From positions 2,480,001 through 2,544,000 of the forward strand of contig MU004181.1 in assembly GCA_010093605.1 (NCBI GenBank): DNA of 64,000 nucleotides, given 5' to 3'. Made by a program: the position numbers and the translations under genes. Each line of letters opens with the position of its first letter. Position 1 is the stretch's first letter. Under the pieces are notes generated by a model. The model had not been told where the DNA came from, did not search any database, and was given only the letters and a program-made list of their open reading frames with translations. The stretch is from Lophium mytilinum. Taxonomy: Eukaryota. Shown here in pieces: positions 35,828 to 47,676 of this stretch.

Positions 35828-38800
35828 TCAATGCTTCCCCTGACTTTCTACCAGAGCTTTGAACAGACTTCTCTCCATCTTCAGAAGCTCACTTGGCGCT
35901 CCGACCTCTACAATCCTCCCCGAATCCATCACCACGACCCGGTCGAAATCTAGAATAGTATCGAGACGATGGGCGATAGCGATGATCGTGCGATCAGCGA
36001 ACGCAGAGCGGAGGACTCCCTGCATGAGGCGATCTGTGGCTGCGTCGACACTACAAACGCGTTAGCAGCTGCTCTAGCTGGAATCCTGAGCCAAGGGATC
36101 ATGTGAATGCGCACCTGCTCGTAGCTTCATCTAGTACCACAATCTTCCCATCCATCAGAACGGCCCTTGCGAGGCAGAACAGCTGTCGCTCGCCTTGACT
36201 CAGTAGCGAATCTACGTGATCGAGCGAAACATCAAGGGCAGTGTGGCCTGGCTCCGCTGCGTTGTTGAGCTTCTCCCACAGATCGACTCGCTCTAAAGCG
36301 AGTTTCATATCTTCGTCTGATACCGGAGGTCTTTGCAGCGAGTGCTGCCACGGATCTAGGTTATGTCTGACATTCCCACGGAGGAAGAATGGTTCCTGAG
36401 GTAGCGCTGTGACCTTTGAGCGGAGTACATCCAGGGCTACACCATCTGTAGACACATCATCGATAAGGAGCCTTCCTGATTGATGGTGCAGGAGGCCAAA
36501 AAGTGTTGCGACGAGACTGGATTTGCCGCTACCGGTGCGCCCACAGATTCCAATTTTCTCCCCAGCCTTAATGTCCAAGTTTACTCCATGGAGTACAGGG
36601 TTTCCTTCTTCGGTGTAACTTGCAACAAGGTCCTTGAACTGAACAGATCCTGAGAGAGGCCATCCTGTAGGAGGATCTGACGTGACTCTATCTTGGTGTT
36701 CGGAAGGAGTCTTTGAAAAGTGACGTATTCGTGCAATGGCGCTTAATGACGTCTCAAGTTCTGTCCAACTTGTGACGAGAAGGCGAATGAAAAAGCCCAA
36801 ATCCATCTATTCGTGTCAGCACTCTCGATCGAGACAACACTGGGGGAGGTTGGGATTGCGTAAACTTACAGTTCCAACCAAAGCTAGACCAAGATAACCG
36901 GAATCAACCTTACTCCGCAGCGCGACGGCCAGGCCAACAATGATCGTGATAAGTCCAGCCACCATAAGCTCCAAAACCAGGCTAAGCCAATTTTGAATCG
37001 CAAATAGCAAGTAGAAGGGTATTTGAGACTGATCGAGATAGACTTTGTTCTTCCGCCGGTACCCGTCGGACCAGCCAAATGAGCGGATTGTGACGATACC
37101 AGCAAGCGTCTCTAAGAAATGAGTACAGAGAGGGGCTTTGGCTTCTAAGTCCATGAGTCTGATTTGATGTGAGGTCCGTAAGTAGACTCGCTGGATTAAG
37201 TATCCAGCAGCGCAGAGGAATGGAATACAAGCCGCGACCTGTGGCGTGGCCAAACACAGAATGATGGCGTTTGAAAGGATTAGAAAAACGCAGCTAGTGG
37301 CGTTAATCCAGGAGCTTTGCAGTTGGTTGTCCACGAGGACTATGTCCTGACTGAACCTATTCGTCACCGAACCCGTATCAGTCGAGACCAGAATGGAGAA
37401 CTTCGCCATCATGAGAGCGTAAAGCTGTCTGCTATGTAGGACGAGACTCATCTGTGGTGTGAACCAGAGAGTAAAGTGGGTGAGCCAAATTCCAATTACT
37501 GCAATGTTAAGCATTGTGACGCCAATGAATGTAGACAGATGCCGAACCATCGAGCTTCGTGTGGATGTATCAGACTCAGCCCAGATTTTGAGGTAGATGT
37601 ACTGCATCGTTGTGGATACGGTTTCGCAGGCCAGTAGAGCAAAGTATATGCTGACTTGAACTTTGCCAACTGCAGATAAGAAGAAAAGCATACTCCGCAT
37701 GTCACCGGAGCGCCTGTCTGTGTCATCGTCCTGACTTTCGTCGGGTAAGCTGGTAGCGTCTACCATTCCCAGGGCCTTTTCATCTTCTTCAACGTTCTTC
37801 AATTCTTCGGACGAGTCACTCCCTACGTCAGAACCGGCATCAAAGGCATGAAACGGTACTTTGCGTGAAGCTAATTCCGCATAGGTCCCTTGATCCACAA
37901 TTCGACCAGCGGACATGACGACGATCTTGTCAGCCTGTTGTGCAAAATGAGTCGAATGTGTTGCGAGGATAACTGTGGTACGCGACTTTCTTAGAAGACC
38001 ATTCGGGCCAAACACGCGATCGAAGACAAGTTTCTCAGTCGTATTGTCAAGGCCGGACAAGACGTCGTCGATGATGACGGTCGGCTTCCTCGCATACAAG
38101 GCCCGCGCTAGAGAGATTCGGTTCCTTTGACCGCCCGAAAGTGACCCTCCTTTTGATCCAATTCTCGTCAAGTCGCCATTTTTCAACTCTTTGAAGTCCT
38201 TCTGCAGTCCACAGGCCCACGTTACGGAGGAATACCAGGCATCATCAAGTGCGTCCTCCCCAATGATGTTGTCTCGGAGGGTGATGTTCCTGAGCCAAGT
38301 GGACTGATCGCAGAACGCCATGCCACAACCCATACTTGTGGAGGAAACCGATCCCGCAACAACGGTTGTCTCCCCAAGGATGGAGCGGAGAAGAACAGAC
38401 TTGCCCGATGCGACCTTTCCAATGATCATTGTAAAGGAGCCTACTAGAACAGTAAGGCTGATGTCTGACAGTATCGGTCTGCTCTTCTCGATCTCAAAAA
38501 AGCCGTGCGTAATTCTGAGGGCCTCCGACGAGCTGGATGTATCAGGATGCTTGCCATGAATTGAATGCAGTTCAATACTAGAAGTGTCCTCAGTGTGATC
38601 AGTGTTTCCGGCTTCTTTGAGCACTTCGCCTTTCAAGAATGCCTGAACTCGTTCCAGTGACGCAACGCCACCTTGGAAGCTAGTGATGATCTGCAAAGTA
38701 CCCGTCAAGGGAGTAGTTACCAACTTCAAAGCTGATAGGGACCCAAAAAGTCGTTGAACATCTAAACCAGGTCCTTTGGATAAAGAAACGATTGCGAAGG

Positions 38801-40702
38801 TCACGTAGGTCGACAATGTCGTTAGCTGAAACATAATGTTGGAGATAACGGTGACCCAGACCGTCAGTTTCCGCACAAATCTGTGTCGATCGACCTCAGC
38901 TTCTCGGAGCGCAGTCAAGGATCTCAGCACCGTATCCGTCAACCCGAGCATCCTGATACCTTTGATGGCACCAGTTGCGTAGGCGATCGAAGTCACGCGT
39001 CTTTCAGTGGCGGCAACCCAATCGCTACTTCGGGTCTTCATTCTTTTGCCGACCCAGGAAGAGATAGCGGTTGCAATCAAGATGGTGATAAGGGGGGCCA
39101 CGAAAGGGGCACCCAGACGAGTGTACAGGATGTACAGTGCAATACCGCAACTGATCGCCTGGGCCCAGAACTCGTGCATGGATTTGACCGCAGCTAGGAC
39201 TTTTTCTACATCCACGTTCATTAGCACGGTCGCAGAGCCTAGGTTGACCTCTTTGGAGTCAAGCTCAAGGGTCCTCTCGTATATGAGGGATATGAGACAG
39301 CCGCGTAATTTTACAGCGAACCGGGCAACGCTTTGAGTATGCCAGGAGGTGACGACTGCTAGGATAGAGTAGTTGAGCGCAAACGCAGCAATCAATCCGT
39401 AGCCATCATTTTTACTGTCTGGTGATCCATCTTGAATGTATTTAATCATTGCAGAGATGAGATATGGCTGAGACAGCGTAGTGCCAATCTGAAGGACCCT
39501 ATAAAGATGGTGTTAGATGATTAAGTACAGTGCGTATTCATAGATATGTGCAGACTTTTGCGCCACCACTTGCAGTGCCTCCTGATACTTTCAGAAGTCT
39601 AGCGCGACGGAGAACGCTTCAAGTCTGCGCACATTATTCTGCAGCTGCTTGGGGCGGCCTTAGATGATTGCAGTTTGTTCAAAGGGCGGGACTTCCGTCC
39701 AAACCGGAGTTTGAAAATACCATGAGGCACCACAAGCGGCGGCAGAGAAGCTTGCGGATGTTTGTAACGAGACACAGTAGAAGGCGAGAGAAGCGCGTAC
39801 CGTGGAATCATTGGAAGAACGAGGTCAAGCCATAGGACACGGAAGATGACGCGAGAAAGAGGCGCTTTCCGCGTTTTGTCTTGCTTACTCCATGCTTGGC
39901 TGAACAACGTTCGAATTTCTTCGGAAGCAAGATCTTGGTCAATATCGAAGAGATCGCTAGGCTTCAAGACCTTACGGTATCCGTCGAGGAACAGGCCATT
40001 GAGAAACCAAAAGAGTCTCTGGCCGAACAATCCAATGGTTTCCTCGGGCGGGAGAGCCTTGTCTCGGTCCGAGTAGAAAAGCTCTCTTTTGTCGAGAGAC
40101 TCAAGGAGTACCAGAAGGCCGGTCAGAAAGGTATGGATCGACGCCCATGTCACCAGACTAGTCGGATATTCCATCAAAAACAAAGTGCGCAACCGCACTG
40201 CATCGCATATAAGCAAGACTAGCAGGAAAAACTGGAGTAGATGACTGGGTCTGACGGCCCTGGTATGCTCGAGGTGGGATAGTGTAACAGTTGCCAAGCT
40301 GCCCAGGAACTGGAGGCCAGCTGCTGCGCTGGACATTTTGGTCTTGTAACTCTCGAGCTCGCTCCATAAAACCAAGAGGATGATGGAAGAGGCGGTATAG
40401 AGAATAGAGGTAACCTAGAAGTTGAACCCAACCAATCAGCCTACAACTTCACGATGCATTGCATGCCAATGCTGGGCATTTGCGAGACGCACGATCTTGA
40501 GGAACCCGAGATGAGAGTTCTTGGCGACTCTGTTTTTCCGCCGGCGGAGAGTATTGAGGCGCACGGGAGCAAGCAGGAGAAAGGCGGCTTGTGGCAGTAG
40601 ACTCAACACGGAGTCCTCAAAGGTCAAGGTAAAGTCGAAGCCGCCTCTGCAGGCGCCAATGCCTGGCCCGAAGGAGCCATCAGTCTGGCAGACCCGGCTC
40701 AT
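35828..40702 (-). CDS. ABCC/MRP-type ABC transporter
   Basis: Five exons; N-terminal FGP...CRGGFDFTLTFEDSVLS; NBD1 GKVASGKS / LSGGQRNRISLARALY; NBD2 GRTGSGKS / LSQGERQLFCLARA / LDEATS / IAHRLDTI. Confidence 0.93.
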
Positions 40703-41666
40703 GATGTGTGTCTTTCAACCAAGACAGTGGTGATTGAGCCAAGAGAGCACGAAGAGAGATGTGGTGTACGAAGACCTTGGGAGAGACGGATGTGGTGTTG
40801 AGCCAAGAAGGCACGAAAAGAGGCTTCCTGGGAGCCTTATACAGCGGCGTCCATCATGCCAGGAGTCGAGGTGATTGCTGGGGCTTGCAAGCAGCCACGC
40901 AAGAGACGCGTCGATACGAAGTCGAATCCTCCTGGCCCTTTGCAGAACACCCGGTAACGAATAACGCGATCGACTCCGCGTATGGCACTCCGAAGCAGGC
41001 ATTCCGACTATTGGCGGTCTGGCGGCTGTAGAGCGGAGTGGTGAGTCGAAGACGAGGGTGTGGACTCGGGACCTGCCCCCTAGAGAGTAGTACGGCAATG
41101 GCTGATCCTTGGCATAACGACATCGGCGTCGACGTCTTACGAAACACCACGGTTGAAGCATCAGGCAGCAGCCCATCAGTCCATCTGTAGATACTACTCT
41201 TACCAAGCGTCACACGGATGAGGATGCCAAGGTAGATGCCCCTTCAGCGACGCGTCTCTCCCAGTGCCGGGACGAGGGGCAGACTGCATGCCGCTTGAGC
41301 AGGCGAAGCCAATGGTAGCACCCGTGGGCTCTGCTTGCTTTTGGTGTTGATGCACACCAAGTCACAGTGATAGACGCGGGGAACACGTCCAAAGAACCGT
41401 ACACGTGGTTGTACATGACCCGAGTTGGTGCTGCTCTTTCAACGCCTTTGGAGGACGAACGAAGGTATAAGTTGTCTTATCTTCGGCATCAGAATCTCCT
41501 CTTCCATCATGTTCTCTGTTTTCTCATTTCTCAGCGTATTTGATTGAATTGGGGCTCTACCTAAAACTTCGGAGTACAAGCTCGTTCTCATAAGTCAACC
41601 TCATCTCCAAGCACTGCTTGCTTCGCTTTCTTCACTCTTTGAGCTCACCACACTCTGAAATCCATA

Positions 41667-42248
41667 ATGGCGACCACAACTCCTCACCGAAATTCCTTTC
41701 TCTCTAACCGCCCGTCTCCACCCATCAAGTCGCCTATCAAGTCGCCTCAATCCTCGGCCTCGTCCAATATCACCACTCCTTCAAGCACTTCCGCTCTCCC
41801 CGAGACTACCCCAAAACCTAAATTTGTCCCCCCACCAGCCAACTCCTTCGCCTTCACTCTGATACCCGTGCTCTCCCTCCCCCGTGCTCAATCCTTCTAT
41901 GCTACCGTCTTCGGTTGGACGTTCCAGCCCCAAGCCTCCGCCTCCCAACTGATCTTCTTCACCCCCTCTTCGGTCATGGGTGCGCTGTCGCTCATCCCGG
42001 GCACCGATGCTGCACCGGAATCAGGGAGCGAGAGCGAAAAGAATGGGGAAAAAGAGAAAATTGATTTGAGAGCCGGTGGAGTCGTCAATCATATTTTGGT
42101 GGCCGATGTGGCGGCAACGCTGCAAAAGGTTGTCGAGGCCGGTGGGATGGTTGAGAAGGAGAGATGGGTGGAGGGGGGGCATACCGAGCTGGGTCGGTTT
42201 TGGGATACCGAGGGAAATTTGGGAGGGGTGTTGAAGTGGTTGATTTAG
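41667..42248 (+). CDS. VOC / glyoxalase-bleomycin resistance family protein
   Basis: IPV.SL.RAQSFYATVFGWTF...V.DV..TL.KV.EAGG.V...F.DTEGN.GG; low-complexity N-terminus. Confidence 0.8.
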   Translation: MATTTPHRNSFLSNRPSPPIKSPIKSPQSSASSNITTPSSTSALPETTPKPKFVPPPANSFAFTLIPVLSLPRAQSFYATVFGWTFQPQASASQLIFFTPSSVMGALSLIPGTDAAPESGSESEKNGEKEKIDLRAGGVVNHILVADVAATLQKVVEAGGMVEKERWVEGGHTELGRFWDTEGNLGGVLKWLI

Positions 42249-42771
42249 GGCTTGAGAATAGAATTGGGACTAGCTACGTGCTATGAAGAGGATGACATTG
42301 AGCAATGCTTGCAGGATTGGAGTGGCGCGGCGCTGTGATGTCTACGGATGATACGCTGTATCGTTCAATAAAGCGGTTATGAGGTATGCCATGGTGGTGT
42401 TCAAGTTTGGACATGCGTCTCTCGAAGAATATGTCTTGATGCACTTCCAAAGACTTGCCTAATAATGTCTGGTGCTAAGTCAACTCGGCTGCAGTGATCA
42501 ATGTGCTTGAGATCGCAGAGCTGGTAGATTTAGCGTTTGTGATTCGTTGCCGCTACGTCAGACACCCTTGAATTCAAGGTGGTACTCCAATGTCGTCTGG
42601 GGGAGTCCAGAGATTTATCATGTTTTCCAAAATATGGCTTCACGAACTCTGACAGTACACTGGACCACAATTAGCGCTTAGGCAAGCGAGCAAAAGCCCG
42701 GCGAAAGTATGTATCTTATAGTGAGCCATTCAGAAATAGGATTCATGCTACCGAGGGCATGCCTGTCCTTC

Positions 42772-43587
42772 TCACTGGCACCATTCATCATCAGCATCAC
42801 CGCCGCAGCACGTCCACTTGAAACCAGTAGGATATTCTTCCCGGTTTTCCGCACTATTAATTGGACCATGGTGTTCCTCATCCCAATCCACCCAGTCGTC
42901 GCCATCCCAGTTTATTCTAAGTGTGCCTATTGAGGACATTAGCCGATGCAATAGTCATGCTGTATGAGTGACGAAAAGAAGTAGCGTACCGGCATGTTCA
43001 CGCAATTCCTGGTATTCATACCGCTTGCGTTTCTGTGGAGGTTCGCCGCGCACTGTCGAATGTCTGCCACTCTCACAGCCTTCGTAATCGCCTGGATCAT
43101 CGCAACAGGTCCATCTAAACCCGTCCGGATATTCTTCGCGGTGCTCAGTTGTGTCCATAGGCCCATGAGTGTCTTCGTCCCAATCGATCCATGTGTCGGC
43201 TTCGTCGTCGAATTCGAGCTCTCCTGTCGAGGACGTTAGTAAGGAGAAGTCAGCCTATATTGGCAACCTACCTTCATGCCAAGTGCAACACCCAGTGGTG
43301 TTGTCTGTTATATCAAATGTCTCGAGACATTGCGTGCACTTCCGGTAGCGCACATGCGCATACGTCTTTCGCTTGCGTTTATTTGGGCGATATGCAGCTT
43401 CGTCCTCGCTTTCAGAATTGCTTGAGTAGACTTCGCTCTCAGTGGTCAATAGCTCTTCGGCCAGGAAGTCGAGAGCAAATTCGGAATTATAGCAAAGGCG
43501 CAGCAACAAGGCTCGGGCAGTATGAATACTAGAGATTTGATCGAGGGCGTCTTTCACAAGACCGAGAGTCTCATCCTTGGAAGACAT
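42772..43587 (-). CDS. Fungal Cys/His zinc-binding protein (CHORD-like), copy B, with duplicated 3' exon
   Basis: Exons 43587-43272, 43223-42990, 42926-42772: CTQC..FD...N...CTWHEG...W.DWDE..HGP...EEYPDGFRWTCC...EGC..GRH, followed by a second W.DWDE..HGP...EEYPTGFKWTCC unit. Confidence 0.7.
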
Positions 43588-43712
43588 CGTTGTTGTGCTA
43601 GCCAAATGTGTGAGGTATGATGTCGTTGAAAGAGCTCGAAGAAGACGCGTAAAAACGCGGTATCGCGTTCGGATCACGCTAGACGGCCGTAGTAATGTGG
43701 TACCTAGCCTAG

Positions 43713-44367
43713 CTACCACGCCTGCGCCACATGTCTGCCTTTTGCGCATCCTTCGTCATCAGCTTGTTCATTGCAACAAATCTACTTGAAACCATCCGTA
43801 TGTTCTTCGCGGTTCTCCGGCGTATCCTGAGGACCCCCAATCTGTGCGTCCCAATCATCCCATGTGTCAGCATGCCAGTCTACTTTGCTTCCGCCTATCT
43901 CGGGCGTTATCATAGGTAGGTAAACGCGGACGTACGCAGAGAAGAGACTGCTTCATACCATCATGCCAGCGACAGACACTCTCGCTATCTCTGCTGTTGT
44001 CCGTGACATCAAATTCCCCGTTGCATTGCTCGCATGTAGGGTAGCACATATGCACATAGTTCGTCCACTTGCGCTTCCTCGCAGGCTCATCTTCGATGTC
44101 TTCGGCAGGCTTGACGTCATGGCCTTCGTCTTTTTCTCCTTCGTTGTTCTCAGAGTCACTTTCAGAGCCGCGTCCAGACTCGTCCTCCTCTGCAGAAGAA
44201 TCGCTCTTGTAGACGTCGCTTTCTGTAGCTAGGATGTCTCCAGATACAAAGTCAAGAGCGAAGTCGGATTCGGTGCAGATGCGGCGCAACAGTTCTTGAA
44301 CACGCTCAAAAATAGAGGCATTAATCGCTCTATGCACGAGCTTGACAGTATCTTCTCTAGAAGCCAT
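43713..44367 (-). pseudogene. Tandem paralog (copy A) of the CHORD-like gene with nonsense codon
   Basis: Exons 44367-43959 and 43894-43713; CEQC..EFD...N...CRWHDG...WDDWD...GFK*ICC...EGCAKGRH, with TAG at 43782-43784 replacing the conserved Trp. Confidence 0.75.
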
Positions 44368-44812
44368 GACGGTTGGTATGAAAATATTTAGAAACTGACG
44401 CGTGAGATCACGGTTTCACGTCCTTCACGCGCGAGATGCTGGTATGAGATGCGGCACTTTGATGGCGTTGATTGCTAGCATGAGATCAGGTGACTGGAAG
44501 CCCTGATCAGAATACAACAAATCATGTCTATGGCCTTCAGCCTCAGCCTCGCACCTCAAGATGGAGCGACTCTTGTCGCGTCTGCGACTGCATCCTCTAT
44601 CCTCGCAATTTAGTTCGTGTCTCCCTCTGACCTAGTGTTGAATCATCATCAGCTAAGATAATCTGATCTCAAGGTACCTACACAAGTTCGCAGCCATCCC
44701 ATCGCGCGTGCCCTGCGTGCCGTACCTTCCTACCAGACCATATGTTCCGGGCTCGAACGTCGTCTCGGTCCGTTATACATAACACATCGTTGCTACCCCA
44801 AGCATACACTAC

Positions 44813-47575
44813 ATGGAAACTGCAAAAGCCGTCGTAGAGCAGGCGAAGGAGTGCAGCGATGAAGCATGGGGCGATTACAGGGCGGTTACGATACAAAAGC
44901 GTCTTGATGCTCTAAACGTGCGAATGGATGAACAAGACTACCCAGAGCCCACGAGCGTATCTCCTGGCTCTTCAACGCAGGAGCATTCCGAAAATGCCAG
45001 CATAACTTCTGCCACTTTACCGCTAAACAGTGTCACTGTCACCTCACGTCGTGTGGAAAAACACGTCCCACCAAGCATCTCAAACGTAAGCATGTCCACG
45101 TATGCCACGGCACGAAGCTCTTGGTCGGCGCCACGTGGCAAATTTGCTTCGAAAGTCTCCGTGTAAGTTGTCCTCTGATATGTAGTATTGAGGCTAATGA
45201 TTCTTTCGAAAGGAGCTCATGGCGCAGGCTCCTGGATTCCGAAAACCTGATCCCGGATCCTTTTGTAGAAAACAATTGGTCTGGTCGAGGGGAGCATGCC
45301 GAATTCCAAGCCGCGAAAAAGCTGATATCGATTCACTTCTTGCTGTACGAGAAGTTCTCGGTACATCAGCGACTGCTATCGTTGAGAGTGTCCAATGTCG
45401 GCGAATTCTGCTCGCTCGTAAAGTCATACGCTGCAGCCGTCGCATGAAGCGCTCTGAGGCCCTGAAAGAAGTCAAACATTTGAAACGGCTCCAACACCCC
45501 CATGTTGTGCGACTCGTCGGGACCTACACGTATAAGCAAGACTTCGCCATACTGCTATATCCAGCGGCGGAATACAACCTCGAGACCTTCATGGATAGCA
45601 TTATTGCAGAATCGCCCGGCCGAGCAGGTCAGCCAGATCAAGATAGTGCCACCGCGAAACTCTGTGCCCTGACCAAGTTCTTTGGCTGTCTTAGTCGCGC
45701 CTTGGATTTTATCCATGGGAAAGTTATCAAACACATGGATATAAAACCAAAGAATTTGCTGATAAAAAAACTACCATCTGCCAGTGGACGGCCTTTTTAT
45801 CCGTTTTACAAGGTATATATTGCGGATTTCGGGATTAGCCGCTCGTATAAGAATGCTTCGGATGCAGAAACGGACTCCCTAACCTCTTTTACAAGAATGT
45901 ATGCTGCACCTGAGGTTCTAGATCGCGATCGTAGGAGAGGCTTAAGCGCAGATGTTTTCTCCCTTGGATGTATCTTCATCGAGATGCTTGGCATGCTAAC
46001 TGCGTTCGACCGCGAACGTAAAAGAGACGACCTCATGGCTCTCCTTCAATCCAACGACAGTCAGCCTGGGAGATCCTATCAAGGCAACTTGGAAGTTGTG
46101 ACTCTTTGGCTTCGCGAGGTGGTGGAATCAAATACCACCAATCTTGAATTTCGAACACTCTGCCCACATCCAGAAATATTCATTCGGATGATCCACTTCA
46201 ACCCCAAGGAACGACCGTCTGCTCGTGAGCTTTCATCCTTTTTCGGCGTGTCTCCTCTCTGCTGTGGTGTTACCATGGAACCAGAAGCATTTGCAGTGGA
46301 AGATGTTACTCTCAATAGTGGGGCAGAAAAAACCTTTGAAACAGTGCCGTCCCCTGGCGTAATATTACGACCAAAATCGCGTGCTCCTTCTGGACTCGAA
46401 GTCAGACCTACGGATCTGATGCTTGACTTCTTAGAGTCGGAGCGCTTGTACGTTCGAAATCTGCAAGATTTGCAGTCCTTCCAGATATATGAGCTAGCAA
46501 GCGGAAAGATCTTAAAACCCACTGTCTTACCAGAGCTTGGCCCTATCATAGATTTCCACCAAAAGTTCCTGATCGAAATTGAGCAGCAACTCTATCCTCT
46601 TTATAAGGCCACGGTCTTTACGGGTGAGTATCGAGCCTGGGGTCGGCTTGTCTCTCGGATAAAGGATGAGCTTGAAGTACTATCTACGTACATTCAATCC
46701 ATTCCCATCAGCCTAAGGAAATTGGATCACAATGCCGAGTCATTACATGTAGCTATCCTTGAGTCAGGACTGAAGGCTCCTGGCATGCACGAAAATGTTG
46801 TTAGGACATTACTTCTGGCCCCAGCTCTTCGATTGCTGGATTACAGACAGCTACTAAATGTACCGCGATCACTTCCTGCTACTGTACACTGTTGACGATC
46901 TCTAGAAACTGTCTACAATAGCGAAGCAGGGAATACTCACTTCTTCGGTGTTCCGAAAGATAGACAATATCGTCAAGTCCAATTTCATTGACAGTCCTGT
47001 CCTAACGAAGTTTATCCCACCAGATTTTGAAGACAAAACGTACAAATTGAAGGGCTGTGAGTATTTGTGTCATGCCGGATGGGTAAGGATATGTGGCTCT
47101 AGTAAACCACAGACTCAGGTAATGCCTTATTTCTTCAACGACACAGTGTTTCGGTAGATCATGACTGACCCTTCTTTATCAAGTACTGCATGATCGCTGT
47201 CCTGCTTGTTTTTCAAAACGTTGTCTTACTTCAAGATCCGTCTGGCGCTCTTATTCGTAAGATTGAACCATCTCACAAAGTTTCGTACGACACTGGTTTA
47301 GATACGCATGGTAAGCTCCGCTCCATGAGAAATGGTTGCAAGACATTTCGAAAGCGTCACGAATCGACGGTCTGACTATCCGCTGAGTAGGTGCCTACAA
47401 GATTGAAATCACGAGTAGTAGACATGGAAGCATTGCGAACCACAGTGACCTTGTGGTGGGGGACGCGTTTTCCTTATGCTTTGCAACCGAGGAAGCGAGA
47501 AAAATCTGGCTCTCGTGGCTTTGGGGACTTCATGGCAGTTGGGATGACTTCAAACGCTCAGCTATGAGAAGATGA
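44813..47575 (+). CDS. Ser/Thr protein kinase fused to DH (RhoGEF-like) and PH-like domains; apparent frameshift near 45310
   Basis: NWSGRGEHAEF, LG.S.TA.V, LARK, HMDIKPKNLL, IADFG, YAAPE, DVFSLG; then FLESERLYVRNLQDL...IIDFHQKFLIEIE...P..RL..Y..LL; last exon FSLCFATEEARKIW. Introns 45163-45212, 46860-46905, 47119-47183, 47311-47390. Confidence 0.75.
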
Positions 47576-47676
47576 TAAAGACAAGGTGCGGAAGTGAGTT
47601 CGATACCTCCTAGGCCTTTGAATAGCTAGCTGTTTGCTCCATCTTGGCTTTCCATGCGTACAACCTTCCACACCTT

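Noticed and set aside
31782..42248. 4CL-like ligase, ABCC transporter and VOC protein as a secondary-metabolite cluster
   Set aside because: No PKS, NRPS, terpene synthase or other backbone gene and no pathway regulator in the window; these families are common as singletons.
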